NCBI GenBank assembly: GCA_000276965.1
Contig: AKKQ01000003.1
Span: 462-64,461 of the forward strand
DNA: 64,000 nt
Direction: 5' to 3'
Origin: Thiovulum sp. ES
GTDB lineage: Bacteria > Campylobacterota > Campylobacteria > Campylobacterales > Thiovulaceae
Shown one piece after another: positions 46,547 through 55,985 of this stretch (positions are counted from its first letter, which is position 1; each line of letters opens with the position of its first letter). The notes under the pieces are model-generated. The model searched no databases. It was given only the letters and a program-made list of their open reading frames with translations, and was not told the DNA's origin. A program made the position numbers and the translations under genes.

Positions 46547-46735
46547 TTAGCTTTTTTTATAGTTTATTATAAAAGGTTTAACCCACTTTGGAATTTGAAC
46601 TTCTCCCCTTGCCCATCTGCTAACTGTATTTGGACTTAATTGAACTTCATTAGCAAAAGATGTTAAATTCAAACCTAGATTTTTTAACTCAAATTTTAAA
46701 TCAAACATTTCTTTTTGTTCCAAAAAATCCTCCAT
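46547..46735 (-). CDS. XRE-family helix-turn-helix protein (phage repressor/Cro-like)
   Basis: 62 aa. LGLNLTSFANEVQLSPNTVSRWARGEVQIP is a classical HTH_XRE pattern. Confidence 0.6.
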   Translation of the reverse strand: MEDFLEQKEMFDLKFELKNLGLNLTSFANEVQLSPNTVSRWARGEVQIPKWVKPFIINYKKS

Positions 46736-46798
46736 GCACTTTTTGAAATTTTATCGCTTTTTCCGACTTGACTATTTAATCTCCTTCACAATTTTAAA

Positions 46799-46820
46799 TT
46801 GTCGGAAAAAAATCCGACAA
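46799..46820. repeat. Hairpin family copy C (terminator of the RND-type gene)
   Basis: TTGTCGGA (46799-46806), AAAAAA, TCCGACAA (46813-46820), 4 nt beyond the stop at 46825. Confidence 0.65.
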
Positions 46821-46824
46821 AAAG

Positions 46825-48894
46825 CTAAATTCTTTTTCTTGTCTCTAAAATTGCGACTGGTAAAATAAAAATGTCTGTGATAAGAGAAAGAATGATTAGG
46901 GAAGCTGAAAAAATTCCAATCAGTGTGATTGATTGAACAGAAATTGTAATCATTAAAAGAAAAGTTAAAGCGAGAATGAAGTTTCCTAGAATTAGTGGAG
47001 ATTCGACATATAAAAATAGTTTTTCAACTCCATCAGTATCAAACCGCTGTTCTCTGTCCAATTTGTAGTAGTAATCCAAAAGGTGAATTGAGGCATCACT
47101 TGAAACAGCGAGAGAGATGATTATTGCAACAAACATCTCGGTCATAATTGGATAATTTAGAACAATTGTGATTGAGATAAGCCAAACAACAGGGATTATG
47201 CTAACAACGATTGCCATTACAGAATATATGTGTTGCCGAGTCATTATAAAAACGACTGCACCAATAATAAGAAGAATTGAGAGAATCAGGATTGAGATTG
47301 TTTCAATTGTGTCAAGTTTTGCACTTTGTAAAAGTGTATCGCTGTCATTAATGTAGATATTTAATTCGCTATTTCGGATAATTTCAATTATTTCGCCTTT
47401 TTTCTCATAATCTGAGAGATAGACATCAAAAATAATTTTATTATCAACAAAAAACTTATCTGAACCACCAAACATATCAAGCATAAAAATGTATCTATCT
47501 AAATCTAGATTTTGCAGATCAAATTTCTCTTTGCTCTCTTTTTCAAAAATATCACGAATTGAATGATACGGACTACTAATTTTTTCGACTCCACTATTTT
47601 TGGAAAGAAGTTCATCTAGTTTTTGAAAAGTATCCATTGTTTTTTTATTTAATTCACTTTTATCAATTGAGAGTTTTAAAATATTTGAACTTTTTTCAGT
47701 AAAAACTTGAAATTCTCCATTGTAAATATGGAAAGAGGAGAGCAGAAAAAGAGATACTGTTATTACGACAAAAGAGCTGAGAAGCTTTGAAGAGTAAGTT
47801 TTTATTTTGCCAGAAAAAAAGTGAGCAAAATTCTCAGATTTTAAGTGCGGATTTTTAATAGTAACAAAGGAGAAGAGGATTGGTAAAAGTGTAAAAGAGA
47901 AAACTAAGCCAATGATTGAAGAGATAATTACCATTAAACCGAGCGATTGTAAAATCATTGAATCTACAAAACTTAAAGCACCAATTCCAAGACTATTTAC
48001 AATTGTTGTATAGAGAATGGGGGAAAAAGTTCGTTCAATTGTTCTGTTTATGCTGTAAAAAGAGCTTCGTTTTTTTTGCAACATGAACCATCGATAGTAG
48101 ATATAGATGTAATCCATAAAAGTTATTGAGAAAGAGAGAATCAGAATTGAGATGTGCGGAGTATAGTCACCAACAAAATTTTTAAAGATGTAGATTGTTA
48201 GCGATGAGGTCATCACAATAAAAATTATTCCAATAATTGGTGCAGAGAACGAGTGGAAAAAAATTGTTAGTAGAGTTGCCAAAATAAAAACAAGTGCAAA
48301 AAGCAGAGTATATTCTTGAATATTTCTGTCGCTTGATAAGAGGCTCTCAACTTTATATTCCAAATCTGTTTTTAGCTCAAAAATTGAAATATCACTTTCA
48401 GAAAAAATAAAAAAATTTACTCCATTCTCTAAAAAATATTGAGTGAAATCTTCTTTGTGTTCCTTAAAAAGTTTAAAAGAGTTTTCTTGCTCTCCAAGTG
48501 TTGTTAGTTCAACAAGCGAACTATCAAATTCATCTTCAAATTTGATACTAATCAGGTGGTTAAAAATTGAATTTATATGCACCTCATCGCTACACTCTTC
48601 TTTTAGGTCTTTATAGATTTTTTGGAGTTCTAAAAACTCTTTTTCCGAAATCTCATCTGATAAAAAAACCGTGATCTTTTTTCCCATAAACTCTTTTTGA
48701 TCGTTTTCCAAAAGTTTCTGATATTCAGAACTTCCATTTAACCACTCTTTTTCATCATTTGAAATATATCTACTTTCCAGATTTAAAAGCGAAAAAATTG
48801 TTAAACCTACAAAAAAGAGAAGAATTGGAATTCTAAATTTTGTTAAAAAATTAAGATAGTAAAGTGAAATCATATGTCTATTTTCCTCGTCCAT
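46825..48894 (-). CDS. RND-superfamily (MMPL/HpnN-like) membrane exporter
   Basis: 689 aa. Its topology is two repeats of one TM, a large soluble loop and then a cluster of about 5 TMs. That is the 12-TM RND/MMPL architecture. No residue-level assignment. Confidence 0.55.
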   Translation of the reverse strand: MDEENRHMISLYYLNFLTKFRIPILLFFVGLTIFSLLNLESRYISNDEKEWLNGSSEYQKLLENDQKEFMGKKITVFLSDEISEKEFLELQKIYKDLKEECSDEVHINSIFNHLISIKFEDEFDSSLVELTTLGEQENSFKLFKEHKEDFTQYFLENGVNFFIFSESDISIFELKTDLEYKVESLLSSDRNIQEYTLLFALVFILATLLTIFFHSFSAPIIGIIFIVMTSSLTIYIFKNFVGDYTPHISILILSFSITFMDYIYIYYRWFMLQKKRSSFYSINRTIERTFSPILYTTIVNSLGIGALSFVDSMILQSLGLMVIISSIIGLVFSFTLLPILFSFVTIKNPHLKSENFAHFFSGKIKTYSSKLLSSFVVITVSLFLLSSFHIYNGEFQVFTEKSSNILKLSIDKSELNKKTMDTFQKLDELLSKNSGVEKISSPYHSIRDIFEKESKEKFDLQNLDLDRYIFMLDMFGGSDKFFVDNKIIFDVYLSDYEKKGEIIEIIRNSELNIYINDSDTLLQSAKLDTIETISILILSILLIIGAVVFIMTRQHIYSVMAIVVSIIPVVWLISITIVLNYPIMTEMFVAIIISLAVSSDASIHLLDYYYKLDREQRFDTDGVEKLFLYVESPLILGNFILALTFLLMITISVQSITLIGIFSASLIILSLITDIFILPVAILETRKRI

Positions 48895-49363
48895 TTGTTA
48901 TTATGTAAGGTCTTTTATAAACTCCAATTTCTCGAGCAACCTCTTCTATTGCTTCTATTTGAGAATCTATATCAGGATCATCTAATTCCTCTTCCAAATA
49001 TTCCAACCCAGATAATTTTGAAACCATAAAAGCCTTTAAAAGAATATTCGGATACTCTGAATCAAAAATGTTGCGAATTATGTTTTTGCTATTTTTTCTT
49101 TTTAATTCATAGAGATAAAGGTATATTTTATACCGTCCAAACATCTGTTTCTCTCTTTTAAAAAGGTATTGAAGGTATCTTTGAGACATTGAACACTTTG
49201 GGTCTATAAAAGAGTGAACCTCTTTTTCTCCATCTCCAAGAACAATTGCATACTCTTTAATTTCTTGGAGTAATTCGTTTGTCTCTTCTGGTGATGTTAG
49301 CTGTTCATGTCCCAAAATCTGGAGAGTTGTAAGCAGGAAAATGAAGAACGATAACCAAGGCAT
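48878..49363 (-). CDS. Secreted thioredoxin-fold (DsbC/DsbG-like) protein with a C-x-x-S active-site variant
   Basis: 161 aa. Signal peptide MPWLSFFIFLLTTLQILG. It has FIDPKCSMSQ where Dsb proteins carry F.DP.CP.C, and a C-terminal VYKRPYIITNG like V.GTPT.. .NG. It overlaps the downstream RND gene by 17 nt. Confidence 0.4.
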   Translation of the reverse strand: MPWLSFFIFLLTTLQILGHEQLTSPEETNELLQEIKEYAIVLGDGEKEVHSFIDPKCSMSQRYLQYLFKREKQMFGRYKIYLYLYELKRKNSKNIIRNIFDSEYPNILLKAFMVSKLSGLEYLEEELDDPDIDSQIEAIEEVAREIGVYKRPYIITNGRGK

Positions 49364-49545
49364 TTTTCGCTTCTCCTATTTAAAATAATGATATTATACG
49401 GTAGAAATCCTTAACAATAACTTTTTTTATTTTTAAGGAATCGAAAAAGATTCGGAGTTCTTTTAAACTCTATGTATCTTTTTTCTGTTATAATTTTTAA
49501 AGATAAGATTCTAATATCTTAATTTCTTATTTAAAAGGAAGGTAG

Positions 49546-50673
49546 ATGGCTCTATTTGGTTCAGCTTCAAGTATCAACCTTGAAGATTTAATTCGTGAAA
49601 ATGAGAGTTTAAAGCATAAACTTAAGACAACGGAAGACGAAGTAACAAGACTACAAGGTGAAAACGAAAGATTAGAGAAGCGACTAAACACAAAAGGTGA
49701 AAGTTTCACTGATATTATGGTTTCTCTTGTAGAAGATCAAAATTTTAATATTAATGAAGCACTTGCGGATATGAAAGAGAGACTTGACGAAACAGTTGAT
49801 AAAGCTACTCAAGTTTTAAACGAAGCTCTTAGTATTAAAGACAGTGCAATTGATGCAAGTGATAATATTGAGCTAATAACGACAAACATGTCTGAGCTTG
49901 TTGAATTATCAAATGATTCAAACAGTTCAATTGAGTCTCTCTCTTCAAGAGCAACTGAAATTAACTCAATTATCTCTCTTATTAAAGATATTGCTGAGCA
50001 AACAAATCTACTTGCACTTAATGCTGCAATTGAAGCTGCTAGAGCTGGTGAGCATGGTCGAGGATTTGCAGTTGTTGCCGATGAGGTACGAAAACTTGCC
50101 GACCGAACTCAAAAAGCGATTGGTGAAATCTCAATTGTTATTCAAGCAATCCAACAAGAGATTCAAGATATTACTACTAAATCAGAAAGTATGCTTGAAA
50201 ATATGGAAACTGCAACAGAAAAAGTTAATAAGCTTGATGATGTTCTTTCAACTGCAATTAACTACTCTACTGAAATTGCTGAAACTCAAAATGTTGTTAG
50301 AAACCAAATTGTTGCTAAATTAATTAAAGTAGAGCATATTCAATACAAAATTTATGCATACCAAGCTATGTATGGACATTCACATATGAAACATATCGAA
50401 ACATTCAACCACTGTACTCTTGGAGGCTGGATGAATGCGGATAAAACAAGAAAAGAGTTTGCTAAATCAACTTCATTCTCAAGACTTGAATCTCCACACC
50501 GACAACAACATGATATTCTTGACAAGATTTCTGAACTATCAAAAGAGGGGAAACCAAACAAACAATTCCTTTCACTTGCAAGAGAGCTTGAAAGTTCTAC
50601 AAATATTGTATTTGAAACTCTCAATAAAGTTGTTGAAGAGAGAGAAAAACAGATAGAGAACGAGATTGTTTAA
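49546..50673 (+). CDS. Soluble methyl-accepting chemotaxis protein with a C-terminal CZB zinc-binding domain (TlpD-like)
   Basis: 375 aa with no TM segment. The MCP signalling core is [41 protein letters not shown]. The C-terminus has [10 protein letters not shown]....H..QH, typical of CZB. Confidence 0.8.
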   Translation: MALFGSASSINLEDLIRENESLKHKLKTTEDEVTRLQGENERLEKRLNTKGESFTDIMVSLVEDQNFNINEALADMKERLDETVDKATQVLNEALSIKDSAIDASDNIELITTNMSELVELSNDSNSSIESLSSRATEINSIISLIKDIAEQTNLLALNAAIEAARAGEHGRGFAVVADEVRKLADRTQKAIGEISIVIQAIQQEIQDITTKSESMLENMETATEKVNKLDDVLSTAINYSTEIAETQNVVRNQIVAKLIKVEHIQYKIYAYQAMYGHSHMKHIETFNHCTLGGWMNADKTRKEFAKSTSFSRLESPHRQQHDILDKISELSKEGKPNKQFLSLARELESSTNIVFETLNKVVEEREKQIENEIV

Positions 50674-50905
50674 AAACGATCCTGTTAAAGAACTTCTACT
50701 ATTAGCAATATATAAAAAAGAGAGAGACTCCTCTCTCAATGAAGTTTTTGCAGAACTTGTAGATGTAGGAGCTATGAAACAAGATGAACTCCAGAAAGGT
50801 TTAGAGACGTTAGAAAATGAAAACCTTTTTTTGAACAATCAATTGACTTTTGTAGGTATTTCTGAAGCAAAACAGATAGAAGATAATTTCAAAATTCAGA
50901 AGTGA
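50666..50905 (+). CDS. Small hypothetical protein (possibly winged-helix-like)
   Basis: 79 aa. The TTG start overlaps the upstream stop. No firm motif. Confidence 0.3.
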   Translation: MFKNDPVKELLLLAIYKKERDSSLNEVFAELVDVGAMKQDELQKGLETLENENLFLNNQLTFVGISEAKQIEDNFKIQK

Positions 50906-50927
50906 TTTAAAAACACAGAAAACTTGA

Positions 50928-50947
50928 TTGTCGGAGAAATCCGACAA
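50928..50947. terminator. Hairpin family copy D (bidirectional terminator)
   Basis: TTGTCGGAGAAATCCGACAA is identical over 20 nt to copy A. It lies between the convergent stops at 50905 (+) and 51017 (-). Confidence 0.7.
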
Positions 50948-51016
50948 AACTTAGATTTTATTACTCAAAAATCTTAAAACATTCAAAAAAATTATTTCTA
51001 ACCTGAATACCTTAAA

Positions 51017-52819
51017 TTATCTTCCTACAACAATTTGAGAGCAGTTTTTAACTTTCCAAACTCTATATCTTTTGTCCCAGCCAATCAACTCGTTTTCATT
51101 TGTCGAGTTTTCTAGCTTATGAAAAATTTCTTTTACTCTTTTATCATTAAATGATTTCTTAGAAACTATTAACTCACTGTAAAGTCTTGAATTAACAGAA
51201 ACAAAACTTTTAACTTTAGTAATGAGCTGATCTTTATTTCCACTCTCAAGAACTCGACATTTATTCATTTGATCAGATAAGAAACTATCCTTTTGAATAA
51301 TTCTTGAAACATCTTGCTCCAACACATCATCAAACTTTTTAATCTCTTTCATGCTATCTGATACGGAATATTCATAATCAACAGAAAATTGATCAAACTT
51401 TTTTCTTTTAGGTTCTTTTTTAACAATAAACATTATTGAGAAATCAGAAATACTATTTGTTGTTGCTTTATTTACAAATATAGACTTTTTCCTAGGATGT
51501 AAAGCGACTTGAATAACTTCATCTTTATTCAAAAGTTTCTTGATTGTCTTCTCAACAATTTTTTGAATTGTATCTTCATTGCTATTTACAAATTTATGTT
51601 GAATGTCTAAATGCTCATAAGTTGGAGTTTGAAACTTTAGTTTCCTAAATTCGTTTTGAGAATATATATAATTCTTTCTAGCTTCTTTTAATGTTTCTAA
51701 AGCACCTTGTGTTACTTTAAGAGTAGAATTTATACTAGAAATTAAACTTTTACTACTTGTAATGAAATGATTTTTAAATTCTCTAATTGCTTTTGTGTCA
51801 GTAAATATTTTTAAAATCTGACTTTCAATATCTATTGAAATTGAGTTTTCTTCAAATTTTCTCTGTTCTCCTAAACGAAGTTTCAACTCACTTTTTTTAC
51901 CGATACTAAAATCATCTAAAAAGCTTAAATCTGTATTGTCGTCTATTAAAATAGGTTTTACTTTAAAACTTCTATTTAGAGAAATCTTCTTATTTTTTAC
52001 TCTTGCATTTTTTGCAACACACACCATTGTAAAGTCTGAATGGCTGCTATCTATTGATTTTACTGCAGATGGAAAACATTTAATTTCAGGAACAATAGAA
52101 ATAGAACTTTGGTGAGTTTTAGATATATTTGTTTCTAAAGTTTTTTCATTTTCAGAAAGTTCATAAATTGTTTGTAAGAATTCTCGCTGATGTGCTTGAA
52201 AATTTTTCGCAAAATCTATTTCAATTTGTGGCTGTAATTCATCTTCAATCTGTTTTTCAGAAAGAGTGCTATTTTCAACTTTTACATAATAGTATTTTTT
52301 CAAATTAATTCTATTCATGTAATCAAAAACATTTCCAAGCTCTTTACTAACTCGTTCTTTATTGATTTTAATTCTTGATTTATATTGCTGAATAAACTCG
52401 CTTTTGGTTTTTTGCAGTTTTGTTTTTAAAGCAATTAATTCTTGATTGTTTTTGTAAAAAATACTTTCTGCTTCATAAAACTTTCGGGATGTTTCATTTA
52501 GATTTTCTTTCGCTTTTTGGATTTTCTCATCATTCTTGTTAGTTTCTTTATCAAGAACAACTCCTATTTCTTTAAAAAACTCTTCTGATTCTTTGTAAGG
52601 AGAAAAACTATTTTCCTCAAAATACTTTTTTACATGTGAATGCAATTCATATTTATTAGAAATATCAATAAATTCAAATTCATCAAATTTAATAGAATTA
52701 TCTTCTTCAAAAACAATCTCTTCTACCGTTTCTACTTCTACTTGTGGCTCTTCTCGAGCCACTTCTTGTTGAGAACAACTTGTAAGGAAAAGTAATACGA
52801 AAGTTGCAAAAAACTTCAT
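51017..52819 (-). CDS. Large coiled-coil lipoprotein, function unknown
   Basis: I place the start at the ATG at 52817-52819 (MKFFATFVLLFLTSCSQQ, lipobox LTSC). The track's 16-codon extension overlaps the upstream gene. The rest is Lys/Glu-rich and helical. Confidence 0.55.
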   Translation of the reverse strand: MKFFATFVLLFLTSCSQQEVAREEPQVEVETVEEIVFEEDNSIKFDEFEFIDISNKYELHSHVKKYFEENSFSPYKESEEFFKEIGVVLDKETNKNDEKIQKAKENLNETSRKFYEAESIFYKNNQELIALKTKLQKTKSEFIQQYKSRIKINKERVSKELGNVFDYMNRINLKKYYYVKVENSTLSEKQIEDELQPQIEIDFAKNFQAHQREFLQTIYELSENEKTLETNISKTHQSSISIVPEIKCFPSAVKSIDSSHSDFTMVCVAKNARVKNKKISLNRSFKVKPILIDDNTDLSFLDDFSIGKKSELKLRLGEQRKFEENSISIDIESQILKIFTDTKAIREFKNHFITSSKSLISSINSTLKVTQGALETLKEARKNYIYSQNEFRKLKFQTPTYEHLDIQHKFVNSNEDTIQKIVEKTIKKLLNKDEVIQVALHPRKKSIFVNKATTNSISDFSIMFIVKKEPKRKKFDQFSVDYEYSVSDSMKEIKKFDDVLEQDVSRIIQKDSFLSDQMNKCRVLESGNKDQLITKVKSFVSVNSRLYSELIVSKKSFNDKRVKEIFHKLENSTNENELIGWDKRYRVWKVKNCSQIVVGR

Positions 52820-52820
52820 A

Positions 52821-55187
52821 TTAAATTGCTTCCGCAACATAAGAGTATGAAACTGCGACCTCATCATTTGTTGCTAACTCAGAATAAATAACAATAGAAT
52901 TACTTGATTCGATATAACTCCAATCATCTTCATCGATTTTAGAATTATTAACATAAACTTCAATTGATGGAACAACAACACCTTTTTGAGAAAGCTGAAT
53001 TCCAACTGCACTACCAGAAATGTCATTTGCAATTGTTGTCATAATTCCCGAAAAGTCAAGATTCCCATCACGATCTGAATTTCTAATATTCGCAAAAAGT
53101 CCGCCTGTATTTGTTGCCAAATCATCATACTGAGAATAGTCATTTTGTTCAGGCTCAATAAGTGCATAAACTTTATATCCATTTTGCACAAAGATATTGT
53201 TTTCAACATCAAAAGATACATATTCACTTCTATCTTCATATTGACTTGGTTCGTCTGAAATAATAATCACATAAACAGGAGAGTCCGCTTCAACTTCTAA
53301 AAGCTCTTTTGCCAATCCGCCATTTGATAGAGAAATTTCTGCATTGTAAATTCCTGTTTCAGTTCCTGAACCATTTATTCCAAGAACAACCATATCTTCT
53401 AATTTTGTTAAATTATCTTCAGCGATTCCATATGTTAAAAGAGAGTAATTTGCTACACCTGAATAAGGATTATAGCTATAAGAAGTTGTCTCTATATTAT
53501 CTCCTGTTCCAATTACACCTGCTTTAAACGAAACACCTGATTTTTCAATTGAATTACCAAAGTCAATTACAGCTTTTTGAACAGCATCTTGGTCGTCTCC
53601 CATACTTCCTGAATCATCAACAACCCAAAGAAAAATTGCTTTTTCAATATCTTCTTTATTTTCAACAACTTTAACATCTTCGTTTGAAAAAAGTTCATAA
53701 TCATTTGGATAGACATTTGAACAAGAAGTTAGTTTTTGAACTTTTGAAACAAGGCTTTGATAAAGAGATTCTTCAACAACTGAAACACTTGCAAAAACTT
53801 CGCCATCAACTTTTGTAATTGTAAGTCGAATTGTGAAATATTCCGAAGTTGTTGTTGTCTCACTTGCTACATTTACATCTTGACCAACGATAGCTTTTAC
53901 AATTCCTTTTAAAAGTGTTGAAGAGTCGATGAGGTTCGGATTTTTAATATTGATTTCTGTTGTTACGGATTCTTCGCAAGAACTTGAGTGTTGAAGTGTA
54001 ACTTGAGAAAGTTCAGCTCCAGTCTCCTGTTCAATTGTTGTCTCAAGACCTGAAATAATATCCTCTACACTATCTTCTGTTTTAAGAGCAAGAACGGCAC
54101 TAGGAACATTTGGCACATCTAAAACAACAAAGTCATCTCCGCTATCACCAACTTGCACATCTTCACCAAATGAGAGGGAAACAGAACTATCCGTACCAAA
54201 AGAGATCGCTTCAAAGTTTATATTTCCGTTTAATTCAGCCTCAGCATAACATCTTATGTATGCCCAATTATTTTGAGTAACTATATCAATAAAGTTGATT
54301 TCAGTTCCACCAAATTCACAACTAGAAGTATTAATATCTAACTCATTTATTTCTAAGTAAGTAGAATTTATTAGACTACAATTTTCACAAAGGCAAGTTT
54401 TAGTTTCATATTTATATGCAACCTCATCATCAGCAAAACGAACAACATTTTCAGCGATTTCACAATCATCAACTTCTTTTGTTTGATTTATTTCAGTTGT
54501 TAAACCACAAATAAATTTTTCATCTGTTGAATAAAAGACTCCATCTTTATATTCTTTTGTTTTGATAGACTTTCCACCATTTGGACAATTTCTATCACCC
54601 GCCATAACTAATTTTTGAGTAATTTCTGTTGAAATATTTAACTCAACTGGATTTATATTAATTGCAGAACCACTATTTAAAATCCAAAAACCTCTATTTG
54701 ATCCAACTTCAACTGCTTCATTAAAATTGTTTCTTTGAATTCTTGTTTTGTATTTTTCAATTGGAGAGTAGATTTCCCAATCTTGAATTTCAGAATTGAA
54801 TGTCCAAACAATATCTAAATCTTTAAAACTTTTCTCTAAATCAATTCTCGTATTTCCTGAAGAAATTAAACTCCATCCATTTTCAATTGTTGGAAAAATC
54901 TCATTTCCAGTTGAAGTTATATTAAGTTCAAAAGGATTTCCACTATTGTAAATCCAATATCCTTGACCACTTTCAATAACTGAAATCTCATCATTTGAAC
55001 TATTTAAATCATTTTTAAAAGTTTTCCAAGAATTATCCTTATAAACGATGAGGTGAGATACATTTGTGTCTGAGAAATTTCTAGATATATCTATTTCTCC
55101 ACTTGAACCAAGTAAGCTCCACCCACTTTCAATATATTCTGCTGAAAGAGAGAGAGTTACAAAAAGAAGAACAAATAACTTTTTCAT
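52821..55187 (-). CDS. Secreted protein with two N-terminal GWSL-type repeats, a Cys-rich middle and a von Willebrand factor A (vWA) domain
   Basis: 788 aa. Signal peptide MKKLFVLLFVTLSLSA. It has tandem units of about 90 aa each. The MIDAS-like motif is FLWVVDDSGSMGDD, followed by ..VYVIIISDE. Confidence 0.6.
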   Translation of the reverse strand: MKKLFVLLFVTLSLSAEYIESGWSLLGSSGEIDISRNFSDTNVSHLIVYKDNSWKTFKNDLNSSNDEISVIESGQGYWIYNSGNPFELNITSTGNEIFPTIENGWSLISSGNTRIDLEKSFKDLDIVWTFNSEIQDWEIYSPIEKYKTRIQRNNFNEAVEVGSNRGFWILNSGSAININPVELNISTEITQKLVMAGDRNCPNGGKSIKTKEYKDGVFYSTDEKFICGLTTEINQTKEVDDCEIAENVVRFADDEVAYKYETKTCLCENCSLINSTYLEINELDINTSSCEFGGTEINFIDIVTQNNWAYIRCYAEAELNGNINFEAISFGTDSSVSLSFGEDVQVGDSGDDFVVLDVPNVPSAVLALKTEDSVEDIISGLETTIEQETGAELSQVTLQHSSSCEESVTTEINIKNPNLIDSSTLLKGIVKAIVGQDVNVASETTTTSEYFTIRLTITKVDGEVFASVSVVEESLYQSLVSKVQKLTSCSNVYPNDYELFSNEDVKVVENKEDIEKAIFLWVVDDSGSMGDDQDAVQKAVIDFGNSIEKSGVSFKAGVIGTGDNIETTSYSYNPYSGVANYSLLTYGIAEDNLTKLEDMVVLGINGSGTETGIYNAEISLSNGGLAKELLEVEADSPVYVIIISDEPSQYEDRSEYVSFDVENNIFVQNGYKVYALIEPEQNDYSQYDDLATNTGGLFANIRNSDRDGNLDFSGIMTTIANDISGSAVGIQLSQKGVVVPSIEVYVNNSKIDEDDWSYIESSNSIVIYSELATNDEVAVSYSYVAEAI

Positions 55188-55293
55188 AAAGTTACTCCTA
55201 AAAAAAATTGTATAGATTATATCAGATTATGATAGACTGGAAATGTCTGATTTAGAAGACAAGTTTAAGAATCCCCAATTTTGGGGAAGAGTT

Positions 55294-55980
55294 TTACCGC
55301 AGTTTGTAGCCGATTCCTCGAACGGACTCAATATATTTTTTTGAGCCATCTTCGTCAATTTTAGATTTTAGTCTTTTGACTGCAACATTTACACTTTTTT
55401 CATTGCAATGCTCATCAAAGACTCCACAATTCCAAACAACATCAAGAAGATAATCACGATTTAAGACATTCCCAATATTTTCCATAAAAACTTGTAATAG
55501 CTTAAACTCTAGCTTTGTAAGTTTTACCTCATCGCTACCAATTTTTACTTCATATTTTTCTAGATTTATTGAAATATCTCGATGAGTCATTGTGTTATTG
55601 AAGCCAATTTTTCCAGTTCGTCGGAGAATTGCCTCAACTCTCATAAGCAACTCATCATTATCAAAAGGTTTTGTGATGTAGTCATCTCCACCTCTTGAGA
55701 AACCTTCTAACTTCTCCTCTTTGCTGTTTTTTGCTGTTAGAAATATAACTGGTGTTTTATCTCCTGATTTTCTCAACTGCTCTACAAATTCAGTTCCCTC
55801 AACACAAGGCAAATTTCTATCAACAATCATAAGTGAAAAATCACCGTCATAAAGAAAAGTATGAACTTGCTTTGAATCTGGTAGTGCCGTTACTCGATAT
55901 CCCTCTTTCTTTAAGAGAAAATCCAATAACTCTAAAAGGTCTTTATCATCATCAATAACAAGTATTTTGCTTTTTTTCAT
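55294..55980 (-). CDS. OmpR/PhoB-family response regulator
   Basis: 228 aa. The receiver is ILVIDDD...MIVDRNLP..FLTAK..DDYITKPF. The winged-helix C-terminus is LTKLEFKLLQVF....VAVKRLKSKI...IESVRGIGYKL. Confidence 0.9.
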   Translation of the reverse strand: MKKSKILVIDDDKDLLELLDFLLKKEGYRVTALPDSKQVHTFLYDGDFSLMIVDRNLPCVEGTEFVEQLRKSGDKTPVIFLTAKNSKEEKLEGFSRGGDDYITKPFDNDELLMRVEAILRRTGKIGFNNTMTHRDISINLEKYEVKIGSDEVKLTKLEFKLLQVFMENIGNVLNRDYLLDVVWNCGVFDEHCNEKSVNVAVKRLKSKIDEDGSKKYIESVRGIGYKLR

Positions 55981-55985
55981 TAAAA

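Noticed and set aside
52820-52867. The ORF track gives N-terminal extensions for three genes: 51017..52867 starting MMRSQFH, 39585..40235 for nadD, and 31303 for the deiminase.
   Set aside because: Internal in-frame starts give canonical N-termini: a lipoprotein signal MKFFATFVLLFLTSC, then MNVAIYGGSFDPPHIGH, then MKFKYLPEW. They also remove implausible overlaps with neighbouring genes.
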